Positions 30,469 to 42,800 of a stretch of DNA of 64,000 bases are shown in pieces. The DNA lies in the NCBI GenBank assembly GCA_951804945.1, contig OX638151.1:81964001-82028000 (forward strand), given 5' to 3'. A program made the translations under genes and the position numbers. This DNA is from Podarcis cretensis (taxonomy: Eukaryota). Under the pieces are notes generated by a model that worked only from the letters and a program-made list of their open reading frames with translations, was not told where the DNA came from and made no database searches. Positions within the stretch are counted from its first letter, which is position 1; each line of letters opens with the position of its first letter.

Positions 30469-32181
30469 TCTACATCCATTACATGCTGACATTTGGAATA
30501 TTATGAAATTCTGGCTTTCCTACCTCACTCAAAAGAATCATCCTAAACCTGGAAAAGAAATAAAACAAGACATGTAAATGTCTATAACTTACTGAATTAG
30601 ATAACAGAAGATGTATTACAAATGAACAAGTCAAGCTTCCTTAAGCTAGGGTGCCCATTGGACAATCTAGTTCAGTCCGTATGTCACCAAGTTTCCAAAG
30701 TCCTGGAGGAAGTCTTCCTAGGTCTGTTCTCCAAGATTCTTCAGCCTAGAGATGGAACCTGGAAGCTTTTGCATGCAAAATACTTTTTCTACCACTGAGC
30801 CATGAACACTATGCCCCTACTGATGGCTACTAGCTCAGAAAGCTTTAAAGAGAGAAATTAATGGAGGATTGTGCTATCGATACCTATGGCAGCTGAACAG
30901 AATCTTGCACATATTCCTCTGAGAAGATACCTGTTGCTTTCATACCTTTTTGTGAATTTCAAGGGACAGCTGTGTGTTGCTTTTGGAAAAGGGTGGTCCC
31001 TTGTAGAAGTCTCGTGCTGCATCTCATTTCTTGATGGGAGGTGTGCCCATAAGTGCCCTCTGCCATCCCTTCCCATTACGTACCACAAGGGCTGCCCACT
31101 GAAATACCTCAGCTAGTTTTACGAGCCTATGGATGGCTTATAAACTCTCTCAAATGACTTACGTTGTACAAGAAGAAAATGAAAATGTTCTGAATGTTCT
31201 TAATGAGATGGATGGCTAGTAATCCCAACACCTCTCAGATCTTATGTTGTATGGCAGAAAATGGAAATTTTTGATAGTTCTGAATGTTCTTCATAAGATG
31301 TTTTGCCCATTGGATCTTACATGCTACTTATTTTCATAGCTTTCAGTGCTAGCATAAATGATTTCATACCTTTCTTGTTTTTGTATCCAGTTTGAACTGT
31401 AAGTACCATTCTTTTTCTCAATTTTTTTCTCTTATGCTGGCCACCTTCAGGTGTTTTTTCTTCCCCATTTACCAATTCTGCATAGAAGATACCAGGAAAA
31501 TGGTCCGGTATTTACCAACAGCTCGTAAGTGAACTTTCTGTCCAGCATTTTTATTTACATTAATCTCTGGGACTTTGAATAAGAGCAATACATTTTTTAA
31601 ATAAAAAAGATGGGATATATGTTTTTCAAACAAAAATAATTTACCATCATGGTTTTTCAGTTTAGATATATGTCAAAGCTGCTTATAAAATCTGTTGAGA
31701 GCTAATGTAGCTTTGCATTGACCAGTCCAACAAGGATAAGAAAAGTGCCAGGCAAAGCATCTTCCACTTCCGCTTTAATTTCCCGGGAATGGCTCTGAGC
31801 CATGCACTGGCCCAATCTATATATACAGTATATAGACACCCTCCCCCAAAGGGATTCTGGCATCAGATCCAGGGGGCACTCTGCTCTATCATTTACTTCT
31901 CTATGGACTGGATCCAGAGACACACTTGTGGAAGAAATTATTGCACTGATGCCATTCCATTAACAGTTGTGAATGAGCTAGTGGAAGACTGACTTTCTAC
32001 AGGAGATTGTGCAAGACTGTGTAAATGAAAGAATATTCTAGATTTCAGTTCCCTTGCATAAGGATCTTCAGCTAAGTCAGAAAGAAATCCTGCTTGCAGA
32101 AGTCAGGACGCCTCTGGATCTAGTTTTCTATGCCAGTCCTAAAATCCTAATTACAATGGTTCTGGTATACGTTTGTGTTAA

Positions 32182-32550
32182 GGGACGCGGGTGGTGCTGT
32201 GGTCTAAACCACAGAGCCTAGGGCTTGCTGATCAAAAGGTCGGCAGTTCGAATCCCCGCGACGGGGTGAGCTCCCATTGTTCTGTCCCAGCTCCTGCCAA
32301 CCTAGTAGTTTGAAAGCACGTCAAAGTGCAAGTAGATAAATAGGTACTGCTCCCGTGGGAAGGTAAACCGTGTTTCCGTGCATTGCTCTGGTTCACCAGA
32401 AGTGGCTTAGTCATGCTGGCCACATGACCCAGAAAAACTGTCTGTGGACAAACGCTGGCTCCCTCAGCCAGTAAAGTGAGATGAGCACCGCAACCCCAGA
32501 GTCATTCGCGACTGGCCTTAACTGTCAGGGATCCTTTACCTTTTTTTTTT
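32182..32550 (+). mobile_element. Sauria SINE, full length
   Basis: tRNA-like head GGGACGCGGGTGGTGCTGTGGTCTAAACC...GTTCGAATCCC, body AGTAGATAAATAGGTAC and tail CCTTTACCTTT. Homologous to 49351-49723. Confidence 0.9.
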
Positions 32551-35500
32551 AGGATTAAGATACACTGAACAAAATAGAATTTACCCCTGTAAAAACATGC
32601 ATAATATGCAGCAAACTTTTATCTTACCTTTTCTTTGGTGAACAAAACACACTTTTGAGTAAACATGGTATATACCCTGTTAAGACAAAGAAGAGACAAT
32701 TTTTAACCTTAAAAAAATTACAACCTAAAAATTATGTACTGGAGCATATGGTTCAGTGTCTGCTCTTTTAACTTGTCATGCCCTATGTGATTAATTCATG
32801 CAAGTCAAATCACTTCGCAGAAGCATGGATTGAAATTGATTGTTACGGTATGCAGTTTAACTGGGACATAGAACAGAATGCTAATCTTATCCTTTGCAGT
32901 TGTTCTTGTTTAAAGATTGTTCTGAGACTTGGAATTTTGCCTGCATAATTGTTTTGAATAAAGCTGAATTTAAAAGAGATTGTTGCTGATCCCTATTTAT
33001 TAAAGCTAAGAGATGTCTGCCAAAACAAAGTCTTTTGATCTGAATCTTATTGTAGTACAATATAGCTGGCAAAGGCAACAAAAATCCACTAGAGGGTGCT
33101 CCAAACTTTTTGTACATCTCAGCAGACTTACTGTGAACATGTCTCCCTCTTATTTACCGGTACATTCCTTTTTGTTTTGAAGACACGCTAGGAACGGCAA
33201 GCAAGCAGAGAAGGGCATACAGTTAGAAATGCAATAGAATATTTGCTGTATGCCAACTGGAAAAAGAATAATGTGGAGATAGGATACAGTAGACAAGAAG
33301 CCTAGGAGGCAATAAGCTGCTCCTGAAATGGCAGCAACTCCTCTTGGAGATCTTTCTTCCCGTGCAAATTCAGCTCTATAAAATGATTTGTCTCCACACT
33401 GCTGCAAGCTGCTGCCTTCGACACTGGAATGTCTGGATTCAACATCTTTTGTTGTTTTTACAAAGAATTCAAAAGTCGTCAGCCAGCAGCATTCCAGTGC
33501 GCTTTTTTTAGACCGTTTCTGGCAATGCATGTTTAGTGTGCGTGTTTTTCTTATGTATCCACAGTACTAGCCCAATGTAGATTGACAAGAACTAGTGTTG
33601 TTTTGTTTTTTTAAGCACGGGGTGTGGGGGGGGGGTTGGGCAAAAAGGAAGCTACTAAATAAGGAACAATTGAAGGCTGAAGTAAAACATATTTTGTAAA
33701 GAAACATGAGCTCTTGCCTAAGCGACAGGCATTGTTAGGTTTTTAATGTGGGGAATGAAGCTATATATTTAAGTGCCTTGTGGGAATGCCATTGTGGAAA
33801 AGCAGTGCCTCAGTAGTGCTAAGGGACTGTAACATGGAAGCACCCAATGTTTAGTAGAAGGGGCTGTGGTAAACTGTAATTTCTTCTTTGGTACGAAGAT
33901 CAGTGGGGAAAACCCCACCATTAGAGAGCTCTGGAATCTGGTTGGAGACTCTGAAGATAATCCAGCCTAAAAGCCAGGAGATTGGGGATTTGTACTTTGA
34001 GAAGACAACCATGACCATAAAAAGCACTGTCCCTACAACATTCCCAATTAGAACTGTATCTGAACTTGATGAAAAACATTGTCTGGAGTATGTACAACAT
34101 GCGTTCGTCATAAGCCCTTAGATATCATAGAAGAGACAGGCCAAAAGAACCAGCCTCTTGGTGTGTACATTAACATTCCCCAGAACAGCAGATTTTGGCA
34201 ACCTTCAAGATTTATCTTGAGCAGACAGCTGGTTGTGTAGTATGGTATTAATGTTGCAGTCTATCATGGGTTCCTTTTCAGTACTGGATACTACTTTGGA
34301 CAACTTAAGATACTGGAAGATGTGTGAGCTGTTTTTCTCTGAACAGGCGTTTTACTGTGATTTCACTTGTTTCCTTAGCTTAGGCATTCCTTGGAACTAT
34401 AATTAACTAATATAACACAGTATCAAGGAAATGTAAATACTATCTTGGTCTCCAATACAAATGTACAGGGCTGTATCATATGGTGATATGATCTCAGCTT
34501 TATCTCAGCTGATAAAGGCTTCCATCAGCAGAACGAGGAAAGCAATTTTTGGTGTATTCCCCTTCTGCAACCATCTTATATCCCAGAGGGCTGGGAGACT
34601 TCCAGAGATTTAAGGTAGAAAGTAGGCTTTGGCAGGGAGTGGGAATCGCTGAAAATTGCTTCTCTTCCCATTCTGCTGATGGAAGCCTTATCATTGCCTG
34701 AGTAACACAGTTGGATGCAACCTGTAATATTTATGAGAAAGTAAATATAATTGATGGGCACTGTCCAGTGTTACTCATACTCAGATTAGCCCCATTGAAA
34801 TTAATGTACTTGCCAATTGATTTAAATAGGTCCACACTGAGCATGGCTAAATTGGATATCACCCAACTGTAATAAAAACCCCTGACTGCTGTATCCACAG
34901 GTGAGAACACAGTTCTCACCTGAAGACCTGGAAGACAGTGATTTTACAGATGAACCAAGGTACAAACTAAATAAATACAAGGTGGCACTGTTTCTAGTGT
35001 TAATATATTATAGCTATGCTCTTACTGTGAAGGGAAACTTTGCACTGTGATACATTATTGCTGAAGGTCGGAATGCCACAGGGTAAAGTGAAGTATGCTT
35101 TGCTATGATTGAAATATGCCACAAAAGCTTTATTTGGGGCATTTAATAAATTAAATGAATTAACTTTTGAAAATATTCTAATTGTCTTTTGTACAAGGAC
35201 CAAAGATGGCTTAATTTCAAATGTTTCCTTTCTGGTGACAGTATTTCATTTGGAATAGAGCTTATGTCATACCCCCCAAAATGGGCTAATCCTGAGTCAC
35301 AGTAAGTAATGCCCCATTCTTTGCACATATTTAACAAAAGCCACTGTTCTACCTCCATTCTTGGGTACTGCAGTCCACTTCCTACTGAAATCAGTGGGCA
35401 GATTTGTTTGCTTCAGGGTTGCGAGTAGCATTTTGTGTTTTGCTTCTTTATAGTTCTTTAATGTACTTGTATACACCTAGCAATATGGAATCTCAGCAAT

Positions 35501-35805
35501 GAATACTTCATAGTAGTCTGCAGAAGACTTCTTAAAACGGTTATGAAATTTTAGAGTTGCCTGCTTATGTTTCCTATATTTTCCAAGGCAAATGCAAGTA
35601 TCACTGGGAAGGATTGTGGAGAACTTTGTGTTGGTGCTTAAGTAATTGCAAGACCAGGGTGTAAGGAAGATCTTAAGCTAGAATAAAAAAAAAAGTATGT
35701 CCTACCACTGACAAAGCACAGCAACATTTAGTTCATGCTGCAGCATTACTGTTTAGATAGAGCAACTCAAAAGAATGACAACCAAGTAAGGGGAGGCCAA
35801 ATTGT

Positions 35806-35811
35806 TTTATT
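35806..35811 (-). terminator. Candidate PNRC1 polyadenylation signal AATAAA
   Basis: TTTATT on the plus strand about 580 nt downstream of the PNRC1 stop codon. Confidence 0.55.
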
Positions 35812-36388
35812 TAAGTTCTTTTTTTTAAATAGCCAATTATTTCTGGCAGTTTGCTCTGCTATTCTCTATCAAGAGAATCAACAGAGCTAAGTTTCTGGGC
35901 TAATTAATCTAATCAAAAATTTATATTTCCAATGAGAAATTGAACTCCATATACTTTTTCAAGCTCATGATTTTATGAGCGCTTCTTATCCAATGAAGCA
36001 TTGTGCCAAATTGTGAAACTTTTCAGTAGTGCATTAGCAATGTTTTCACATTTCCATCTGAACATTGAGATGAGTTCTTCTTTCAGAATCTCAGCACCTT
36101 GTGCAAACCTTGTCAGGTCTTTCCATGTGTCAAGCACACATTAGAAGGTGTCCGTTATTATATACAAAAACCACTTACCACGTGGGCAGTGTAAAATTCA
36201 TCCTTTCATAACAAAACTAAAATGTACTTCAAAATATGAATATACACATTACATGATATACACTATTTACACAACCATAAAAAATAGAGTAAAAGTTTGC
36301 GAATTTAAGATTTGACAGTCTTTCGCACTTCATGTTGCAACAAGGCAGGTTTCAAATTCCTGGTATGCTCTCTGTAAATACCCATAAG

Positions 36389-36823
36389 CTACGCTTGAAC
36401 TTTTAAGAGAGTTTTTAGATGGACTGCCATCATCTTCCTGTTTTGGTCAGAATATTCAACAGGGCTTCCTACCCAATGACTGGGAGGCTTTGGAAGGACA
36501 CTGGGTGAAGGAGGGTCACTAAACTTTGCCCCAGCATAGTTTTCTTTTTGGTTAGCTTCAGTCAGAAAAACAGGTTTCTTTGATTTCACATTTTCTGCAT
36601 TTTTCAGAGGCTTTTTCTCCTGCTTTTTAATGAGTTCAGGTGACATGGATTGTTGCCAAAAGTTATTTTCACTTTTTTTTGAAGGTGGAATCTTGTTTAG
36701 TGGTATATTACATTTGTTCCTTGGTCTGTTAATCTTTGATTGGTCACAAAGGTGTATGCTGTGAATAGGTTGACTGTAAGGAATGGTAACCTTCTCGGAC
36801 TTTCCCATCCTGTTTCTGAACAA
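36389..36823 (-). CDS. PNRC1: PNRC1 coding exon 2
   Basis: TTGCAG acceptor. Encodes the PNRC motif [22 protein letters not shown] and the C-terminal NR box LKTLL. Confidence 0.96.
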   Translation of the reverse strand: MFRNRMGKSEKVTIPYSQPIHSIHLCDQSKINRPRNKCNIPLNKIPPSKKSENNFWQQSMSPELIKKQEKKPLKNAENVKSKKPVFLTEANQKENYAGAKFSDPPSPSVLPKPPSHWVGSPVEYSDQNRKMMAVHLKTLLKVQA

Positions 36824-38135
36824 CTGCAAAGATAAAAGATAATTTCATAAATATATTTAACTACATTCACAGTTATTGTTTCAAAGTTAGTTGTCCTTCA
36901 CATTCACTCTTTATTTTGTTAAATGATTCTGTGATGTCGAAATACCAGACGTAGAAACATGCAGATGCAACGAACATGCAATTCTTCCAGATGCCCCGTT
37001 TACTTAGCATTCATTCTGATCTGTCTGCTGAGAAATTACGATGAGCACTGTTCTGAAATCATACTGACTTGCTTGTGCAGTGGTTGTACATCTTCCCATT
37101 AATCATGTACACTTTTCAGTGCATTTCCCTACTGCTATATCGCAAACACAAAAATCAGCTTGTGGATGTGTTGCACCAATGTGACAGATCCAATTAACCG
37201 GTTTAATTGTGCAAACCTAAATTTATGGTATGTGCTCGAATCCCTTCCACAAACTATGGATAATCTGGAGGCAATCTAACTAGGGAGTGATTCCAATTGA
37301 AGGCACCAGGAGTTAAGTATGCACAGGATTGTACACAGAATTGTACTATTCTCTATGGGGCTGTATAATTAAAATTTCAGTAAACAACAGACAAAATACA
37401 GTAAACAACAGACAATCAGCAGCATTTTTTTAAAAAAGTTTTGAGCTCCGTTAATATGGAGCAATGCTGCTTAAATTCAAAGGGATTTGGGGGAATTTGC
37501 TCCCGAAAAAGTGACTCTTTGATCCCATAACTATACTTCAAAGTTCTCCCACAAAATGAAAAACTATCCCGATTAGGTAAGTTCTCTAAATCTAAAGAAG
37601 ACGGGAAGATTTTTTTTTAAACCCTCTCAATCTTGGTTATGCAGGAAGAACTACCAGTCAACTTGACGTCAACACTGGCTCCTCGCCCAGTACGGCTACG
37701 CACACAGCGTAGGCTATCCAGGCGAACGCGGCTCCTGCTCCTCCCCCAACCCCGTTCACTGAGAATACAAACCCCGCCCCAGCCCCTTTCCCTTCGTCCA
37801 TTGGGCACGGCGGCGGCGTCACGTCTCTCTCCCCCTCCCCCGTCAATAGCCACGGACAACGGGCTAAATCGGGCTGTTGCTGGGGCGCAGCCGCCAAACC
37901 GATTGGTGGATTCCTTCAACCTATCAGCCCCGGAGGAATCTCACTTCGCCCTCTCCCACTAAAGACAACAGACGTAACGGAAACTTCCTCACTCCCCCCC
38001 CCCCGCAACCGTCAAACGCAAACTGCGCAGGCGCGTCCCTCTCGAGCTGAGAGAAGCGGCTGGCTTCTTTTTTTCGCCTACCAGCAGTAGCCCCCATCGC
38101 CCCGCCCCCCACCAGCCGCGCTAAATATTATTTAC

Positions 38136-38561
38136 CTCTTTCCTGAGGGGTTTACTTATACTGACGGGGGCTGTTCTCGGCGAAGGTGCCGGCGGTTCTG
38201 CGCTCGGAACCGTTTCTAGCCCTGGCTCTGAGGAGGGGACAGGGACTTCGTAGGGGTTACACGTCCCCTGCGCGGTGTTCCTTCGCGTCAAGCCGGCACG
38301 ATGTTGCTGGTAGTGCTGGTAGCGGCTCTGCAGGAGGCCGGAGGGAGCGGACCGTATCTTGGCTCTTCGCCGCCGCACTCTCTTCAGCGCCGGTCGCGCG
38401 CTGCCTCCTGGTCCCACCGGGCAGCAGTTGGGCTGGTGGCTTTCCCCGCTGCAGTCTGCCCGCATGAGGCGCTGGAACAGGGATGCAGGGAACCGCCGGG
38501 GGTCCTCGGTGCCGGCCGAGATCCGGGCTAGAAACGGTGGAGGCGCCGTAGTAGTCACCAT
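38136..38561 (-). CDS. PNRC1: PNRC1 coding exon 1 (MVTTTAPPP...basic NLS...SRYQHYQQHR...KPLRKE); total 286 aa
   Basis: ACCATGG Kozak start and a phase-0 GAG|GTAAAT donor joining exon 2 in frame. Motifs resemble mammalian PNRC1 (MVTTAPPP, PLRKE). Confidence 0.9.
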
Positions 38562-39305
38562 GGTCGAAAGGAGTAGGATTTCGCGCAGCAGCGCGGAGGT
38601 GGTTAAAAAAAAAAAAAAAAAGTTGAGTTGGTGGGCAAGGGGAAAAAAGAGCTGGGGCGCAAGGGGTGCGAGTGCGGAGCGTCCGCTCGGGATTTGAAGT
38701 AGCTGCGCTGGTTAGGCGATCAGCTCCGCTGCTAGGAGAACATGGCGGGGGAGTGAAGAGAAGCCTCCACAACGCCCCACTGTTGTTACTCGAGAAGGCC
38801 ACACCCCCTTCCCGCCGCCTGCCTATCAGAACGGAAAGCTTGTATGGGAGCCCGCCTTTCCGTCGCCGTCGCCCAATCAGCCCCGAGCATGTCCTGTGAG
38901 GGCCTCCCTACTTTCCCCAGTGAAGACGGACACAAATACTGTGCAGGAGGTCACGCCCCCTTTCTAGAACGAGCCGTTGCTTCCTCGGCTTCTCGCTTAG
39001 CGATGAGCGAAATGAGGAGAGGATGCTTCACCTCCCCACTGCCAGCCCTCTTAGGAGCGCAGACCATCTACTCTTCACTGGAGAGTAAGCCCCATTGAAG
39101 TCAGTGGGATTCACTTCTGAGTAAACAAGCGCAGGGTTGCGCTGCGAGGCGGAAGCCGCCAATCAAGCGCGACAAAGCGCGTGAGCCACGCCTCCCCCGC
39201 CTGCGCCCCGGCTAATCCGAAGCGCGTATGGAGGCCAAGGCCCGCCTCCTTTCTGAGAGAGGGGGCGGTTGATACCTCCGGCAGTTCCGAGTAGAGCGCC
39301 GGGCA

Positions 39306-39812
39306 ATGGCTGAGGCGGCGGCGGCGGCGGGAGTTTCCCCGCGGGGCGGCGGCGCGGGTAGCCTGTCGGAAGAGCCGCCGGGCGGCCTGGAGCGCGAGGG
39401 CCCCGTGCGCTGGGACGGGCGCCTCACGCACTTCGTGGCCCGCGACTTCGAGCAGCAGATGCGGCGCAGCGCCCCGCCGGGCTCGGGCTGCCTCATCCCC
39501 GCCGTGGACCCGGCGGCGCTGCAGGACCTGGCGGCTCTGGCCGTGCAGGCGGCGGCGCAGGTGGACGAGCTGCTGCGCAGCGTGCACGGCGCCCTGCAGG
39601 CCCTGACGGCGCTCAGCGTGGGCTGCATCCAGACATACCGCGACGGCGTGGAGAGCCTGGGCGAGGCGGTGGACACCAGCATCCGCTCCATGTACACCCT
39701 GATGGCGCGCTGCGAGGAGCTGGACAAGGCCATGCAGCCGGTGCCCGCCTTGGCCCGGCGCATCCGGGACATGAAGGGGGCGCTGGAGAAACTCGAGGGG
39801 CTCTGCAAATAG
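39306..39812 (+). CDS. BORCS6: BLOC-1-related complex subunit 6 (lyspersin, C17orf59)-like, intronless CDS, 168 aa
   Basis: Motifs LTHFVA and LTALSVGCIQTYRDGVESLGEAVDTSIRSMYTLMARCEELDKAMQPV...LEGLCK match the recalled BORCS6 C-terminal domain. Strong GC3 codon bias, good Kozak context and AATAAA at 40009. Confidence 0.92.
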   Translation: MAEAAAAAGVSPRGGGAGSLSEEPPGGLEREGPVRWDGRLTHFVARDFEQQMRRSAPPGSGCLIPAVDPAALQDLAALAVQAAAQVDELLRSVHGALQALTALSVGCIQTYRDGVESLGEAVDTSIRSMYTLMARCEELDKAMQPVPALARRIRDMKGALEKLEGLCK

Positions 39813-42800
39813 GCCTCGCCGGGCTCGCTTGGTGCCCGGCGCTGAAACGAAGGAAGCTGGTTTCCGGACAGCAGCTCTCTCCTCGGCGCTGGTGGCTTCC
39901 CCGTCAAACCCCGCTCTGGCCTTTTTCTCGGTTGATCTCAGGACAATTGCATCGCTTTCTCTGAACCAAGCTTTTGTTCGAAACTGTGCAAAATCAGTTG
40001 TGCCACGTAATAAATACTTTCTTCTCCTCTTGCAACAAACTGACACAAATCGCCTTTCCAATACATGCTTATGTGGCTTTGTTGAACAGATTTTCTTAGT
40101 GTCCCTTATAAAAAAGCCATAGAATGGACTCTTACCGATTGATCCTCTATATAATTACTCAGAAGTAAGTCCTTCCTAAGTAAGGGATTCCTAAGCTTTC
40201 TGCCTGAGACTGCAATCCTGAAGATGCTTACTGGGTAGAAAGTCCCATTTTGAATTTTCCAAATAAAACATGCAAAACTCTTTGTCTGCTGTATCTGAAA
40301 TGTTATGGCTGCAATTGCTTATGCGGATACAGTTAAATTAAATGGAATGTAGTCGTAGTTCTGGAAGGACAAGGTGGCTAATACATTCACTGGCTGAGAG
40401 ACATTGTTGTGCTGCATAAGACACAGACCTTTATTACAACAAATATTCACTATCTTGCACTTAACTTGAGCATAATTCACAAACTTGTGCTTCTATTTAA
40501 TAAAATACTCAAAGTAGATTATTAGCAGTATTGGTTTTTATAACGAACTAGAGATTAACATTCAGCTTCTAACTTGAGGTGGCAATTCCCAGCCACTTAC
40601 TCTGGCAGACATTAAGCCCACAACTTGTGTACCTTTAACTTGTGTGCATTCAGGTTTAAGCATGTGGGAAAACTTAAAAAAATTAAAAGGGGGCGGGGCT
40701 CTGGGAAAATGACATTGTCAGTCTCACCCACTATTGACTGTGTGATTTTGGTGTTGGGGACGATCCCTGGAATGTAACCCCTGCGTAAGTTGTAGGCCTC
40801 TATATCAGAGGTTTTTTGGCTCAAGTTTTAATTCTGAGCCAACCAAGCTATGTCTCTTAGATCTAAAGCTACTGAGGGAAATACGGTAATGTGAAACCCA
40901 GAGCTAGTGTGCTGCAGTGAACTTGGAATTCCCAGGCTCCAACCTGGCCTCGCCCATAAAAAATGATTTGGCAAGGCCACATTCCCAGGGCAAGGAATGA
41001 GGGCACATGATGCAGGAAATGTGCTGAAGATAAGCAAGTCTGGATCTGCTCAGAGCTTAGATTATACATACAGTACTACTTAGAGTTCCATGGAAGAAGA
41101 GTAGGATGTAAACGTCATAAAATGTCCCTGACCATACTTGTAATTACCCTGACGCAGTGTCATTATAAGGCAACTTCAAATATTCACAAGTAATGGCACC
41201 GGTTAATGCACCCTGGCAGTGGTTTCCCCTGATTAGCATCTGCCCTCTAGTAGGGGTATTTCCCAAGCCTTCTATCTGATAGGCTTTTCAATGGGAATGT
41301 CAATGGTAGAAACTGGGATCTCACATACAAGGCGTATGCTCTTACAGAGCTTTGGCCTCTCGCCACATCAAGCACATTTGAAGCCATACACTCAGAATTT
41401 CCTATTCTGGATCATATTTTTAAAACAACATAATAATGCTCTAGTAACTGAAACCTGTAAATTCTGACTTCTGTAGCACAGCCTTACCAACTGTATTGCC
41501 AACTATAGAAAGTGATATGGTTTTTATGGACATATACCTATTCACTTTTATGACACGAGCTATAATGTAAACTCATTAAAGCGAGCAACAATGACTTACT
41601 ATTGCCTGCAAAACAATACCAATGGAGCAAATAACAATTCTGTGTTGCTCATCACTGACACTTGTTAAAGCTCCCTGGTGCTACTCACAAATAGGTAAGA
41701 TTTGGGCTGCACTGTTGGTATCATTAATCCCACTCTGTTGGGTTTGGGTTTTTAAAAGGCTTGAAATAATACATGTTACAATGGAATGCAACTACAAGAA
41801 TAAATACTATTTGGTTTTAATCACCACTGGAGTTGCTGAAATTAAAATAACTTGAATGCAACATAGACTGAGGCAGTAGTTCTGCCTATAATACTAAAAA
41901 GACCTATTTAATATTAGAATGATTTTGTATAACTTTGCAATTCTGAAGAGCTAAATATCAAAGTCCTTGTCAGTTGGTATAATAAGATGCACAGTAACAT
42001 TTTCTTTCAGCACTAGTACTGGGGGGGGGGGGGGGAATGTTTGAAATTCCAGGTTGAAGTTATGCAGAGGAAAATGTTTCATATTTGAAAGTGCTAGCAT
42101 TAGATTTCTAGTGCATATAAGCAAAAATGACATGAATCTTTTTTCCAGCCCTGAGAGGAGTACTGTAGTAACAATGATAATAATATAATACATTACAACA
42201 CTTTGGACTGCAATCCTAGAAGCTGGAAATACACAATCTTTATCCTCCATTGAGACCTATTCATTTCATTGTATATTCAGACCAGGTTCACAACATGAGG
42301 CAGTAGTTAATAATACTGATGTCCTCCTGTGATGAGGGATTCATTTTTATACTATAGCATATTTATAGTTTTATTTATTTAATTTGTATACCACCCTTCA
42401 TCCGAAGAACACAGGGTGGATAGTGTATTTTAGGGAAAGGCTTTTAATTTTAGGACAAGTTGCCTTTTCTCAGTTAATTCTCACAGCAAATAATTAAGTG
42501 GATTTTAAAACAAATTTAAAGTGTCATATGTGTGAGAGAGTATTTACCCTTAAGGCCTTCTCAGGAGTGTTTAATTAAGTCAACAACTTGGTAGCAATTA
42601 CTCTAATCCAGTAGATTAAAAAGTGTGCGTTTTCTTGGTTTATTTGCATCTCTTTGCTGCCAGTCAGTGAGTTATGAACTCAAGGCCCTCTTGTACTTAG
42701 ATTTATGAATATTATTCTCACTGGTTTAAGGTATATTAAAGACTGGGTTGTATCCAGTGCCCCTGTGAGAATATCCTCTCATTTCCTTTCATACCTCCAA

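Larger units (their letters stand above)
37660..39900. promoter_or_regulatory. CpG island containing the bidirectional PNRC1/BORCS6 promoter
   Basis: CpG-dense. CCAAT boxes at about 38873 and 39159, an ETS-like CGGAAG at about 39150, and a full CRE TGACGTCA at 37664-37671. The divergent ATGs are 745 bp apart. Confidence 0.75.

Noticed and set aside
31186-31330. Degenerate direct repeat GTTCTGAATGTTCTT...AGATG, and the 15-bp duplication at about 22699-22730
   Set aside because: Small local duplications with no sign of function.
38257-38802. 181-aa alternative-frame ORF overlapping PNRC1 exon 1
   Set aside because: It has a GTG start, runs through the T17 tract and sits in a GC-rich island, with no recognisable homology.
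39111-40061. 316-aa and 231-aa antisense ORFs over BORCS6
   Set aside because: They are the expected stop-poor antisense frames of a high-GC3 coding sequence and contain no recognisable domain.
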